Shown: positions 12,603 through 24,080 of the stretch, piece by piece
How the letters are laid out: every line of letters starts with the position of its first letter
Numbering within the stretch: the stretch's first letter is position 1
Assembly: GCA_038087875.1 (NCBI GenBank)
Contig: CM075991.1
Span: 2,232,001-2,296,000, forward strand
Direction: 5' to 3'
Length of the DNA: 64,000 nt
From: Malacoraja senta
Taxonomy: Eukaryota
The notes under the pieces: model-generated
What the model was told of the DNA's origin: nothing
Seen by the model: only the letters and a program-made list of their open reading frames with translations
The model's database searches: none
Position numbers and translations under genes: made by a program

Positions 12603-12902
12603 GGTGTTGCAGCGGTAGAGTTGCTGCCTTACAGCCCCAGAGACCCGGATTGGGTCCTGACTATGGGTGCTGTCTGTACGGCGTTTGTACGTTCTCCCTG
12701 TGACCAGCGTGGGTTTTCTCTGGGTGCTCCGGTTTCCTCCCACACTCCAAAGACATACAGGTTAGTAGGTTAATTGGTTTGGTAAAATTGTAAATTGTCC
12801 CAGTGTGTGTAGGGTAGTGTTAGTGTGCAGGGATCGCTGGTCGGTGCGGACTCGGTGGGCCGAAGGGCCTGTTTCCACTCTGTATCTCTAAACTAAACTA
12901 AA
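12603..12902 (+). mobile_element. HE1-type SINE, full length
   Basis: tRNA head (gcagcggtagagttgctgcc), core gtgggttttctc..ctccggtttcctcccaca, tail gggccgaagggcctgtttcc, (ctaaa)n. Confidence 0.9.
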
Positions 12903-13509
12903 GAAGCACAAGGATAGTTAAACCATGGCAGGACATGCACAGTAGGTGGCAGGGCCTGGAGAATGTCTGTAAGGCAGAGGGATCTAAGGAGCAGAGGGAC
13001 ATAGCACTCTGAAAGTGATGATGCAGGTAGACAGGATGGTGACGAAGGCTATGGCACCCTTCTTTGGACCAGGCATTGTGTAGGGCAAGAGTTGAGATGT
13101 TATCTTACAGCAATGCAAGATGTTGGAGAGACCACATAGAACAGTATGGCACCGGAACAGGCCCTTTGGCCCACAATGTCCATACCAAACATGATGCCAA
13201 GTTAAATGTGTCCCTACTGCCTGCAAGTGATCCATATCTCTCCATTACTTGTATGTGGAGAGTTAGATTTAGCCCTTAGGGCTAAGGGAATCAATTGATA
13301 TGGGGATATGGGGAAAAAGCCGGAACGGGGTACTGATTTTGGATGATCAGCCATGATCATATTGAATGGCGGTGCTGGCTCGAACGGCCGTATGGCCTAC
13401 TCCATATTGAATGGCCGTATGGCCTACTCCTTCACGTATTTTCTATGTTTCTATGTTTCTATATCCATGTGCCTATCTAAAAAGCCTCTTAAACGCCACT
13501 ATCATTTAC

Positions 13510-14545
13510 CGCACTTGGAGTATTGAGTGCAGTTCTGGTTGCCTAGTTATACGAAGGATGTTATTATGCTGGAAAAGGTGCAGATACAGTTCACAAGGAC
13601 TTTACAGGGACTGGGGCAGTTTGAGTTATTAGGAGAGATTGGTTAGTTTGCTTGGAGCTAAGGAGGCAGCAGGGTGACTTTACTGAGGTATATAAAATCA
13701 CGAGAGACATAGATAAGGTGCAAGGTCACAATCCTTTCCCCAGATTAGATGAGTCTAAAACCAGAGGGCAAAGATTTAAGATGAGAGGGGAGTGATTTAA
13801 ATGGGACCCGAGAGGCTGGTTTTTCACACAGAGGATGGTGGAATGAGCTGCCAGAGGAAGTGGGAGAGAGGGGTACAACTTCAATTTGAGGAAGGACATT
13901 CTTGCTATTGAGGGAGTGCAGCGTAGGTTTACAAGGTTAATTCCCGGGATGGCGGGACTGCCATATGCTGAGAGAATGGAGCAGCTGGGCTTGTATACTC
14001 TGGAGTTTAGAAGGATGAGAGGGAATCTCATTAAAACATATAAGATTGTTAAGGGCTTGGACACACTAGAGGCAGGAAACATGTTCCTGATATTGGAGGA
14101 GTCCAGAACCAGGGGCCACAGTTTAAGAATAAGGAGTAAGCCATTTAGAACGGAGACGAGGAAACACTTTTTCTCACAGAGAGTGGTGAGTCTGTGGAAT
14201 TCTCAGCATCAGAGGGCAGTGGAGGCAAGTTCACTGGATGCTTTCAAGAGAGAGCTAGATAGGGCTCTTAAAAATCAGGGGATATGGGGAGAAGGCAGGA
14301 ACGGGGTACTAATTGGGGATGATCAGCCATGATCACATTGAATGGGGGTGCTGGCTAGAAGGGCCAAATGGCCTGCTCCTGCACCTATTGTCTATTATCT
14401 ATTGTTAAAAAGATATTCAGATAGGTTCACAGATAGGAATGGTTTAGAGGGATATGAGTCAAACGCGGGTAAATGGGACTAGATCATGTAAGACAATTTG
14501 GGCTGCATGGATGAGTTGGGCCGAAGGGCCTTTTTCCGTGCTGTA
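13510..14545 (+). mobile_element. Nested CR1 fragments
   Basis: ORF 13886-14332 (LRKDILAIEGVQRRFTRLIPGM...) lies inside an older HER1-like copy. Confidence 0.8.
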
Positions 14546-15816
14546 TGAATCTATAGCTCTATGACGGTATAGTATATTAACAAAATATTCATCTGTTTAT
14601 CAGCATTCAGCACTTTCAGGTATAAATATAACTGAATGTCACTTTCTCAAGTTAGTAAGCAGACACTTTTGAAAAGGTTGATGACTATGAAACATTTTAA
14701 TTTTGTTGGATTTACAATGTATGAACCTGGTCTCTGTAGGTTCCAACTATCTGCTGCAGGAAGTTGGCACATTACAGATACGGTGAATGAGTATGCAGAT
14801 TCATTTGTCCCAGCTTTGTAGCTGAGGATATGGAGACATGGTGTTTGAAGACAAACCGGCTGGTCTGCAGTGATATGCAACATACCAAGTGCACAGTGGA
14901 TAAGAACCTGAAGAAGGGTCTCGACCCGAAACGTCACCCATTCCTTCTCTCCTGTCCCGCTGAGTTACTCCAGCTTTTTGTGTGCACCATCAGGACGAAG
15001 GACTCTGCCAACCCACATACCTTTCTCCGATTCACACCTCGTTGCATAAACGGGAATTTTGAAAATGTGCAAGGGACTAGATTTCTCGAACAGCTCGGCC
15101 CGAGGGTGTTGCAATCTTTTCTATGTCCCTGCCACAGGCAGATCATTTATAGAACATGTTACATGGAAAAGCACAGCACAGGAACAGGCCACTCGGCCCA
15201 CAATGTCGGTGCCGAACAACATGCCAAGCTAAACTAATCTCACCTTCAGACTGTAGAGTTCAGAGATACAGCACGGAAACATGCGCTTCGGTCCACCGAG
15301 CCCGCGCTGACCAGCGATCTCCCCATCTACTAACACTATCCTACACATTTATAATTGTACCCAAGATAATTAACCTACAGCCTTGTACGTCTTTGGAGTT
15401 TGGGTGGATGCCGGAACACCCGGAGAAAACCCACGCGGTCACGGGAAGAATGTACAAACTCCGTACAGACCCGTAGTCAGGATCGAACCCAGTTCTCTTG
15501 CACTGTGAAGCAGCAGCTCTACCACTAAGCCACCGTGCCGCCCCTAGTGTGCCTGCACGTGATCCATATCCCGCCATTCCCTGTGTATCCATGCGCCTAG
15601 TCAAAAGCCTCTTACCTCTTAAACGTCACTATCCTATCTGCCTCCACCACCATCCCTGCCAGCTCCTTCCAGCCACCCACCACCCTCTGTATAGACAACT
15701 TACCTCGCACAGCTTCAAACTTTGTCTCTCTCACTTTAATGCAGTGTCCTCCAGTCTTTGACATTCCCACCCTGTGACTTTCAGCTTACTCAGTGATCTA
15801 GCGAGACTGACACTGG

Positions 15817-16823
15817 TGTAGATTGGTTATTTCCTACTAACCAATTGTAGTGCTTGTTAGTAATTGCTCCGCCTAATATGCGATTCATAGTACCAAGAGC
15901 TTGCTTACGTAAGTCAATCTGAGTAGCTGCTAGTTACTGTAACGTCCTGCAGACCGATGCTGTAAGTGGACTTTAATAAACATGTGTTGTATCTTGATGT
16001 GTGTCCGACTCGACTCATTACATGGTGTCAGAAGTGGGATACACAAAAACTCGTCAAATCCAGTAAGCCACTTAAACCTCTCACCAGTGGACAGGTGGTT
16101 TGCCTCCAGACCAACAAGGGCTACGGCCACCTGGGTCACATCCACAGCCCTGCCAAAGAACCGCACTCCTACCTGGTTAACGCGGACGGAGCCATTTACA
16201 GACGCATCCGTCAACATCTCCTACCAGTGAAGGAACCGCGTCCTGCCACTCCACATCCAGAGGTTTCGCGTTTTGTACACCCACCCACTGCCGGACCGGC
16301 TGCTCCACTATCAGAGACCGTTTCCCCCGCGGCCTCCCTGCGACGTTCGGCGCCTAGCTCGCCTACTTCACCACCTCCCCTCCCCGGCGGATCCCCGGTC
16401 TCATCCCTGGTTCCCTCCCCGGTAACTTCTCCGGTAAAAGGAGGAGATGCGGACTCGTACCACACACGTACTGAGCAGGTTAGCAGGCCACCCATTAGAT
16501 ACGGTGATTTTGTGTATCTATACTTCCTCATATACATTATTAACTTTCTGGCTCCTACATTGTTTAGCCACCATGTTCCCATGTTTCTCTGCTTTATTTT
16601 GTTTCTACAAGGAAAGATGTAGATTGGTTATTTCCTACTAACCAATTGTAGTGCTTGTTAGTAGTTGCTCAGCCTAATATGCGATTCATATTACGACGAG
16701 CTTGCTTACATAAGTCAGTCTGGGTAGCTGCCAGTTAATGTAATGTCATGCAGACCGATGCTGTGAGTGGACTTTCATAAAACTGTGTTGTATCTTGATG
16801 TGTGTCCGACTCGATTCATTTCA
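15817..16823 (+). mobile_element. Internally deleted Ty3/Gypsy LTR retrotransposon (TRIM-like)
   Basis: Two ~206-bp TG..CA LTRs (15817-16022, 16618-16823); PBS TGGTGTCAGAAGTGGGAT; PPT aaggaaaga; internal integrase-tail peptide KPLKPLTSGQVV...EPHSYLV..G.IYRRIRQHLLP...TRTEQVSRPPIRY. Confidence 0.9.
16023..16040 (+). promoter_or_regulatory. Primer binding site complementary to tRNA-Leu 3' end
   Basis: Reverse complement ATCCCACTTCTGACACCA matches the vertebrate tRNA-Leu(CAA) 3' end plus CCA; directly abuts the 5' LTR. Confidence 0.85.
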
Positions 16824-17189
16824 ACGAGCTTAAAGCGTGTGGGAGAGTACAGGAATCAGGGGGAGATGAGAATGTGGAGAGAATTGGAAAAACTTTAATG
16901 GAGGAATAATGACCTCACTGGGGGCAATATAGAGGCAAATTAACCTACAAACCTGCACATCTTTGGAATGTGGGAGGAAACAAGATCATGTTGAGAAAAC
17001 CCACGCAGTCACAGGGAGAACGTTCAAAACTCCACACAGACAGCACCCAAGGTCAGGATCGAACTTATTATCCTCCACATTCTGTCCCTGCTCTCACCCT
17101 CCCCTCCCCATACCTAGCGCCCTCTAGCTTTTGTTTGGATGCCTCAGTCTATCATTCACCTGTCTCCCAACTCCTCTGCGATCTGTCTG

Positions 17190-18680
17190 AATTTGGAATA
17201 TTGTGATCAACTTTGGGCCCCATATCTGAGGAAGGAAGTGTTGGCTCTGGACAGGGTCCAGAAGAGGTTTACGAGAATGATCACAGGAAAGAATAGATTA
17301 ATGTATGATGAATGTTTGACAGCACTGGGCCTGCACTCGCTGGAGTTTAGAAGAATGAGTGGGGACCTCAATACAACTTACCAAATAGTGAAAGGCCTGG
17401 ATAGAGTGGATGTGGAGAGGATGTTTCCACTAGTGGGAGAGTCTAGGACCAGAGGTCATAGCCTCAGAATTAAAGGACGTTCCTTTAGGAAGGAGATGAG
17501 GAGATTAAAGATTAGAGATTCCTTTATTTGTCATTCAGACCTTTCGGTCTGAACGAAATTTCGTTGCCTGCAGTCATACATATAATAATAAATAACAAAA
17601 CACACAATAAACACAAATTAACATCTACCACAGTGAGTTCACCAGGCACCTCCTCACTGTGATGGAGGCAAAAGTCTTAAAGTCTCTGTCTCTTCCCGCT
17701 TTGTTCTTCCTCTGCGCTGAGGCGATCCACGCTTCTGATGTTGTGGCCCCGCCGGGTGATGGTAAGCAAGTCCCACGGCTGAATCCGTGCTCCGCGACGG
17801 GCCGGTTCAAACTCCGCGGCCCGGGGTGGCCGAAGCTGCCGAAGCTGCCGCCCTCCAGTCCAGCGGACGCAGCTGTAGTTGCGGGAGCCCCAGAAAAACA
17901 GGTCACCCACCTGTGACCTGCAAGCTCCCGACGATGTCGTCCACCGGGCCCGCGGCCGAGCCTCCGGATTCAGGTCGCCACCGGTGTCCTCGCTCGCCAC
18001 CGCCAGAACGCCACCGCAGCCCCGAAGTTGGCCAGCCCCGCGCTGGTAAGTCCTGGCTCTGCCTCCGGAGCCTCGAGGTCGGTCGGTCGCAGTTGGAGTT
18101 GGAGGCCGGCAGCTCCGCCATTAGGCCTCGGCGCAGACGGAGGCAGAGAAGGGGGATATGACAAGAAAAAGTCGCATTCCCCCGAAGGAAGAGACAAAAA
18201 TCATGTTTCACCCCCCCACACCAACACATACACAACCCAATAAACTAAAATTTAACTAAAACAGGACAAAAGAAAACAACAAAAAAAGTAAAAACAGACG
18301 GACTGCAGGCGAGCCGCTGCTGTTGAACAGCGCCGCCACTTCCGGAACTTCTTGTAAAATCAAAGGACAATATCCAAACTGCAGGTACAACAACATTGCC
18401 AAACACTCATTCTGAATCCTCTATTGCAGGAGGAATTTCTTTAGTCAGAGGGTGGTGAATCTGTGGAATTCATTGCCACAGACGGCTGTGGAAGCCGTCA
18501 ATGGATATTTTTAAGGTAGAGATAGATAGATTTTTGATTAGTATGGGTATCAGGGGTTATAGGGAGAAGGCAGGAGAATGGGGTTAGGAGGGAGAGATAG
18601 ATCAGCCATGATTGAATAGCGGAGTAGACTTGATGGGCCGAATGGCCTAATTCTGCTCTTATCACTTATGACCTTATGAA
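17190..18680 (+). mobile_element. CR1 3' fragment split by an insertion at 17504-18427
   Basis: ORF 17139-17552 breaks at RKEMRR; sequence resumes at aggaggaatttctttagtcagaggg. Confidence 0.85.
17504..18427 (-). mobile_element. Non-coding, non-autonomous retroelement with Rex1-like 3' tail
   Basis: 3' stem-loop ttcagacc-gaaa-ggtctgaa plus aataaag and short repeats; aggag duplicated at the junctions; related copy at 49640. Confidence 0.65.
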
Positions 18681-18822
18681 CATGAATTTTCTTATCACCG
18701 TTCACTCCTTCTCAGCCCGCCTCTGGCCCCTGTCTCCCACCCGTCACTCTCTCCTCCATATTACGACTCTCTCCCCTCTCCACTCTCGATCCTGATGCGG
18801 GGCTTCAACCTGAAACATCGAC

Positions 18823-19140
18823 ACGGCGGCACGGTGGCACGGCGGTAAAGTTGCTGCCTTACAGCGCCGGAGACCCGGGTTCGATTCTAAATACGGGTGC
18901 TGTCTGTACGGAGTTTGTACCTTCTCCCCGTGACCTGCGTGGGTTTTCTCAGGGTGCTCCTGTTTCCTCCCACATTCGAAAGACGTACAGGTTTGTAGGT
19001 TAACTGGCTTGGTAAATGTAAAAATGGTCCCAAGTGGGTGTAGGATAGTGTTAATGTGCGGGGATCGCTGGTCGGCGCACACCCGGTGGGCTGAAGGGCC
19101 TATTTCCGTGCTATATCTCTAAACTAAACTAAAAATAAAC
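18823..19140 (+). mobile_element. HE1-type SINE, full length
   Basis: cggtggcacggcggtaaag..ggttcgattc Pol III boxes, core, (ctaaa)n tail. Confidence 0.9.
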
Positions 19141-19622
19141 AACTCTCACAGCTGACTGGATCGTGGAAATGGCTGCATGTGACGGCAGTAGCTCGCTGCT
19201 CCCTACACCACTGACACATGCAATTCACAAGTCAAGCAGTGGGCTTAAAGAACTGCTTTTGTAAGTGCGAGTTTATGTAAGTCACCTATCACGTAAGTCA
19301 GGGGACAATGATAAACCAATACGGTTTGTAGGGCAATTATCGTCAGCAAAAATTATAAGCTGCCCCTAGTGTGTAGGATAGTGATAGTGTACGGGCTGAT
19401 TGCTGGTCGGCACGGACTCGGTGGGCCAAAGGGCCTGTTTTTGCACTGCGCTGTAAACCAAAATAAACTGAACTGAACTTAATTCCCTCTCCCCCTCCTC
19501 CACTGATGCAGTTCGACCCACTGAGTTCCTCCAGCAGGCTGTTTTATGTAACACTGCAGTGACTGAAAGGCAGCCAGGAAACCTGATAACATTGAGCAAA
19601 TCAGGCAGACCTTGAATGCAGT

Positions 19623-19740
19623 GTTAAAGAAGGAACTGCAGATGCTGGAAAATCGAAGGTACACAAAAATGCTGGAGAAACTCAGCGGGTGCAGCAGCAT
19701 CTATGGAGCGAAGGAAATAGGCAACGTTTCGGGCCGAAAC
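19623..19740 (-). mobile_element. Short Penelope terminal-repeat insertion
   Basis: 13-bp TSD ccttgaatgcagt (19610-19622, 19741-19753); near-identical to an arm of the 63290 element. Confidence 0.85.
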
Positions 19741-20032
19741 CCTTGAATGCAGTTCTTTTGCCGCCTGACGTATTAGGTGTTTCCAGTGGTCTTTGAATCA
19801 CTTGAGTTCAGCAAATCCAAATCCTTCTAAACAGCCCGCGGAAGATTCACACAACCTTGTTAGAATAGATTTTTCATCAGCAGTGAAAATCACTCTTTGC
19901 TTGTTTTCTCTGGTAGAATGGATATTTGGGGCTGGTATTCAAAGATATTTCTCTTTGTGCTGAAAATAATAGTTCGTGGTTTTAAAAGACCAATTTTCTA
20001 AGGTGATTTACCTTGCTCTACAACTTTATTGC

Positions 20033-20345
20033 ATGGTGGCGCAGCTAGTAGAGCTGCTGCCTCACAGCACCAGAGGCCCAGGTTCGATCCTGACCTTAGC
20101 TGCCATTTGGTTGCAGTTTGCACGTTTTCCCTGTGGCTGCGTGGGTTTTCTCCGGGTGCTCCGGTTTCCTCCCACATCCCAAAGATGTGCGGGTTTGTAG
20201 GTTAATTGGCCTCTGTAAATTGCCCTTGGTGTGTACGGAGTGGATTTGAAAGTGGGTTAACATAGAACTAGTGTGGAAGGGTGATCGATGGTCAACGTGG
20301 ACTTGGTGGACTGAAGGGCCTGTATCCATGCTGTATCTCTAAACT
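20033..20345 (+). mobile_element. HE1-type SINE
   Basis: tRNA head with ggttcgatcc, core, tail. Confidence 0.85.
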
Positions 20346-20823
20346 AGACTGATTGCCGAAGTGCAAGGGGCGTAAATGGGATGCAATTTTGTTAAATGCA
20401 TCCAAGATAGATTTTACTGTAGATAACAGAGTATGTGGCATCATCTTAGGAAATGTAACTGGGCATGGACTTGGTGGGCTGAAGGGCTTGTTTCCATGCT
20501 GTAACTCTACACTAAACTAAACTAACCTAGACTAGACTAGACTAGACTAGACTAAACTACATTATAAAATAATGTAAACTAAACTAAACTTTGAGAACTA
20601 GAGGGCATAGGTTTAAGGTGAAGGGGAAAAGATTTTATAGGAATCTGAGGGGTAACTTTTTCATGCCAGAGGAGGTAGTTGAAGCACAGACTATCGCAAC
20701 ATTTAAGAAGCAATTAGACAGGTGCATGGATACATAGATACATAGAAAATAGGTGCAGGAGTAGGCCATTCGGCCCTTCGAGCCTGCACCGCCATTCAAT
20801 ATGATCATGGCTGATCATCCAAC

Positions 20824-23262
20824 TCAGTATCCCGTACCTGCCTTCTCTCCATACCCCCTGATCCCTTTAGCCACAAGGGCCACATCTAACTCCCTCTTAA
20901 ATATAGCCAATGAACTGGCGTCAACTACCCTCTGTGGCAGAGAGTTCCAGAGATTCACCACTCTCTGTGTGAAAAAGTTTTTCCTCATCTCGGTCTTAAA
21001 GGATTTCCCCCTTATCCTTAAGCTGTGACCCCTTGTCCTGGACTTCCCCAACATCGGGAACAATCTTCCTGCATCTAGCCTGTCCAACCCCATAAGAATT
21101 TTGTACGTTTCTATAAGATCCCCTCTCAATCTCCTAAATTCTAGCGAGTATAAGCCAAGTCTATCCAGTCTTTCTTCATATGAAAGTCCTGACATCCCAG
21201 GAATCAGTCTGGTGAACCTTCTCTGTACTCCCTCTATGGCTATAATGTCCTTCCTCAGATTTGGAGACCAAAACTGTACGCAATACTCCAGGTGTGGTCT
21301 CACCAAGACCCTGTACAACTGCAGTAGAACCTCCCTGCTCCTATACTCAAATCCTCTTGCTATGAAGGCCAACATACCATTCGCTTTCTTCACTGCCTGC
21401 TGCACCTGCATGCCTACTTTCAATGACTGGTGTACCATGACACCCAGGTCTCGCTGCACCTCCCCATTTCCTAATCGGCCACCATTTAGATAATAGTCTG
21501 CCTTCCCGTTTTTGCCACCAAAGTGGATAACCTCACATTTATCCACATTATACTGCATCTGCCAAACATTTGCCCACTCACCCAGCCTATCCAAGTCACC
21601 TTGCAGTCTCCTAGCATCCTCCTCACAGCTAACACTGCCCCCCAGCTTAGTGTCATCCGCAAACTTGGAGATGTTGCTTTCAATTCCCTCGTCCAGATCA
21701 TTAATATAAATTGTAAATAGCTGGGGTCCCAGCACTGAGCCTTGCGGTACCCCACTAGTCACTGCCTGCCATTGTGAAAAGGACCCGTTTACTCCTACTC
21801 TTTGCTTCCTGTTTGCCAGCCAGTTCTCTATCCACATCAATACTGAACCCCCAATACCGTGTGATTTAAGCTTGTATCCTAATCTCTTATGTGGTACCTT
21901 GTCGAAAGCCTTCTGAAAGTCCAGATACAACACATCCACTGGTTCTCCCCTATCCACTCTACTAGTTACATCCTCGAAAAATTCTATAAGATTCGTCAGA
22001 CACGATTTACCTTTCGTAAATCCATGCTGACTTTGTCCAATGATTTCACCACTTTCCAAATGTGCTGCTATCCCATCTTTAATAACTGACTCTAGCAGTT
22101 TCCCCACTACCGATGTTAGACTAACTGGTCTGTAATTCCCCGTTTTCTCTCTCCCTCCCTTCTTAAAAAGTGGGGTTACGTTTGCTACCCTCCAATCCTC
22201 AGGAACTACTCCAGAATCTAAAGAATTTTGAAAAATTATCACTAATGCATCCACTATTTCTGGAGCTACTTCCTTAAGTACTCTGGGATGCAGCCTATCT
22301 GGCCCTGGGGATTTATCGGCCTTTAATCCATTCAATTTACCCAACACCACTTCCCGACTAACCTGGATTTCACTCAGTTCCTCCATCTCCTTTGACCCGC
22401 GGCCCCCTGCTATTTCCGGCAGATTATTTATGTCTTCCTTAGTGAAGACGGAACCAAAGTAGTTATTCAATTGGTCCGCCATATCCTTGTTCCCCATGAT
22501 CAATTCACCTGTTTCTGACTGCAAGGGACCTACATTTGTTTTAACTAATCTCTTTCTCTTCACATATCTATAAAAACTTTTGCAGTCAGTTTTTATGTTC
22601 CCTGCCAGTTTCCTTTCATAATCTATTTTCCCTTTCCTAATTAAGCCCTTTGTCCTCCTCTGCTGGTCTCTGAATTTCTCCCAGTCCTCTGGTATGCTGC
22701 TTTTTCTGGCTAATTTGTACGCAACATCTTTTGCTTTGATACTATCCCTGATTTCCCTTGTTATCCACGGATGCACTACCTTCCCTGATTTATTCTTTTG
22801 CCAAACTGGGATGAACATTTTTTGTAGTTCATCCATGCAGTCTTTAAATGCCTTCCATTGCATATCCACCGTCAACCCTTTTAGAACTAATTGCCAGTCA
22901 ATCTTGGCCAATTCACGTCTCATATCCTCAAAGTTACCTTTCTTTAAGTTCAGAACCGTTGTTTCTGAATTAACAATGTCACTCTCCATCCTAATGAAGA
23001 ACTCAACCATATTATGGTCACTCTTGCCCAAGGGGGCACGCACAACAAGTCTGCTAACTAACCCTTCCTCATTACTCAATACCCAGTCTAAAATAGCCTG
23101 CTCTCTCGTTGGTTCCTCTTCATGTTGGTTTAGATAACTATCCCGCATACATTCCAAGAAATCCTCTTCCTCAGCACCCCTGCCAATTTGATTCACCCAA
23201 TCTATATGTAGATTGAAGTCACCCATTATAACTGTTTTGCCTTTGTTGCACGCATTTCTAAT
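20824..23262 (-). CDS. CR1 LINE ORF2 (partial APE endonuclease plus reverse transcriptase), 5'-truncated and uninterrupted; element spans ~20731-23262
   Basis: GDFN and SDH (APE); KSPGPD, NYRPVSLTS, QHGF, YLDFQKAFD, GVPQGSVLGP, FADD (RT); no stop in 800+ codons. Confidence 0.95.
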   Translation of the reverse strand: MRNACNKGKTVIMGDFNLHIDWVNQIGRGAEEEDFLECMRDSYLNQHEEEPTREQAILDWVLSNEEGLVSRLVVRAPLGKSDHNMVEFFIRMESDIVNSETTVLNLKKGNFEDMRRELAKIDWQLVLKGLTVDMQWKAFKDCMDELQKMFIPVWQKNKSGKVVHPWITREIRDSIKAKDVAYKLARKSSIPEDWEKFRDQQRRTKGLIRKGKIDYERKLAGNIKTDCKSFYRYVKRKRLVKTNVGPLQSETGELIMGNKDMADQLNNYFGSVFTKEDINNLPEIAGGRGSKEMEELSEIQVSREVVLGKLNGLKADKSPGPDRLHPRVLKEVAPEIVDALVIIFQNSLDSGVVPEDWRVANVTPLFKKGGREKTGNYRPVSLTSVVGKLLESVIKDGIAAHLESGEIIGQSQHGFTKGKSCLTNLIEFFEDVTSRVDRGEPVDVLYLDFQKAFDKVPHKRLGYKLKSHGIGGSVLMWIENWLANRKQRVGVNGSFSQWQAVTSGVPQGSVLGPQLFTIYINDLDEGIESNISKFADDTKLGGSVSCEEDARRLQGDLDRLGEWANVWQMQYNVDKCEVIHFGGKNGKADYYLNGGRLGNGEVQRDLGVMVHQSLKVGMQVQQAVKKANGMLAFIARGFEYRSREVLLQLYRVLVRPHLEYCVQFWSPNLRKDIIAIEGVQRRFTRLIPGMSGLSYEERLDRLGLYSLEFRRLRGDLIETYKILMGLDRLDAGRLFPMLGKSRTRGHSLRIRGKSFKTEMRKNFFTQRVVNLWNSLPQRVVDASSLAIFKRELDVALVAKGIRGYGEKAGTGY

Positions 23263-23394
23263 GGTCTAATAGGACAGGTTTACAAGGATATGGGCCAAAT
23301 GTAGGCAGGTGGGACTAGTGTAGTTGGGACATGTTGGTTGATGTGCACGATGGGCCGAAGGGCCTGTTTCCACACTGTGTGACTCTATGAATCT

Positions 23395-23478
23395 AATCTA
23401 AACTAAACTAAACTATTCTAAATTAAACTAAAGTAAACTAAACTAAACTAAGCTAAACTAAATTAAACAAAACTAAAC
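23395..23478. repeat. (CTAAA)n simple repeat
   Basis: Direct reading; a similar tract lies at 20510-20590. Confidence 0.9.
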
Positions 23479-23553
23479 TCTACACTTATTCACACCAGGT
23501 TGCCACTGCAAGCCAGCCTGAGAACCACAGCAGAGCTGGCAAGATGTAGAGAA

Positions 23554-23707
23554 GCCCACTGTCCACTGGTGCCCACTGTCCACTGGTGCCCATTGCCCAC
23601 TGTCCACTGGTGCCCACTGCCCACTGTCCACTGGTGCCCACTGTCCACTTGTACACCACAGCCCACTGTCCACTGGTGCCCACTGTCCACTGGTACACCA
23701 CAGCCCA
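23554..23707. repeat. Minisatellite, core GCCCACTGTCCACTGGT with 7-bp variant inserts
   Basis: About 7 tandem units visible. Confidence 0.9.
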
Positions 23708-24080
23708 GAGTAGCAACTAGTTTCCTGCCCAGCTCAATCATGATCCTTCTTGGTCTGAAGAAACGTCACCTGCCCATTCCCCCACCATGGATATTGTCTG
23801 CCCCACTGAGGACCTCCAGCACTTTGTGTTTTGCATCATCCATTACTTCAGCCTTTGGGTAGCAGTACGTCAGGTAGGGAGCATTAACAAACCCGCCTCC
23901 CTGTACTGTAGGAGGTTTATATGTTTAAAATAAATGCGGTTATCCATATCGACTTTGAGCACAACAGCACGAAAGCTTGAAAGCACGAACCGCCAGAGTC
24001 AGAAACAGCTTCTTCCCCTCTATTATCAGGCTTAGTTTAGTTTATCGTTTAGTTTAGTTTAGCTGAGTTTAGTTTAGTTT

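Noticed and set aside
12603..12680. tRNA-like sequences here and at many other positions
   Set aside because: These are HE1 SINE heads: no complete cloverleaf, and they continue into SINE core and tail
14739..14782. Possible exon ctctgtag|GTTCC...GATACG|gtgaat
   Set aside because: Weak acceptor and unrecognisable peptide; cannot be distinguished from chance
17625..18243. Several overlapping GC-rich ORFs
   Set aside because: Stop-codon scarcity in GC-rich repeat body; not conserved in the related copy at 49640
23473..23862. Repetitive peptides and a CRISPR-like appearance
   Set aside because: Tandem minisatellite with no unique spacers, in a eukaryotic context without cas genes
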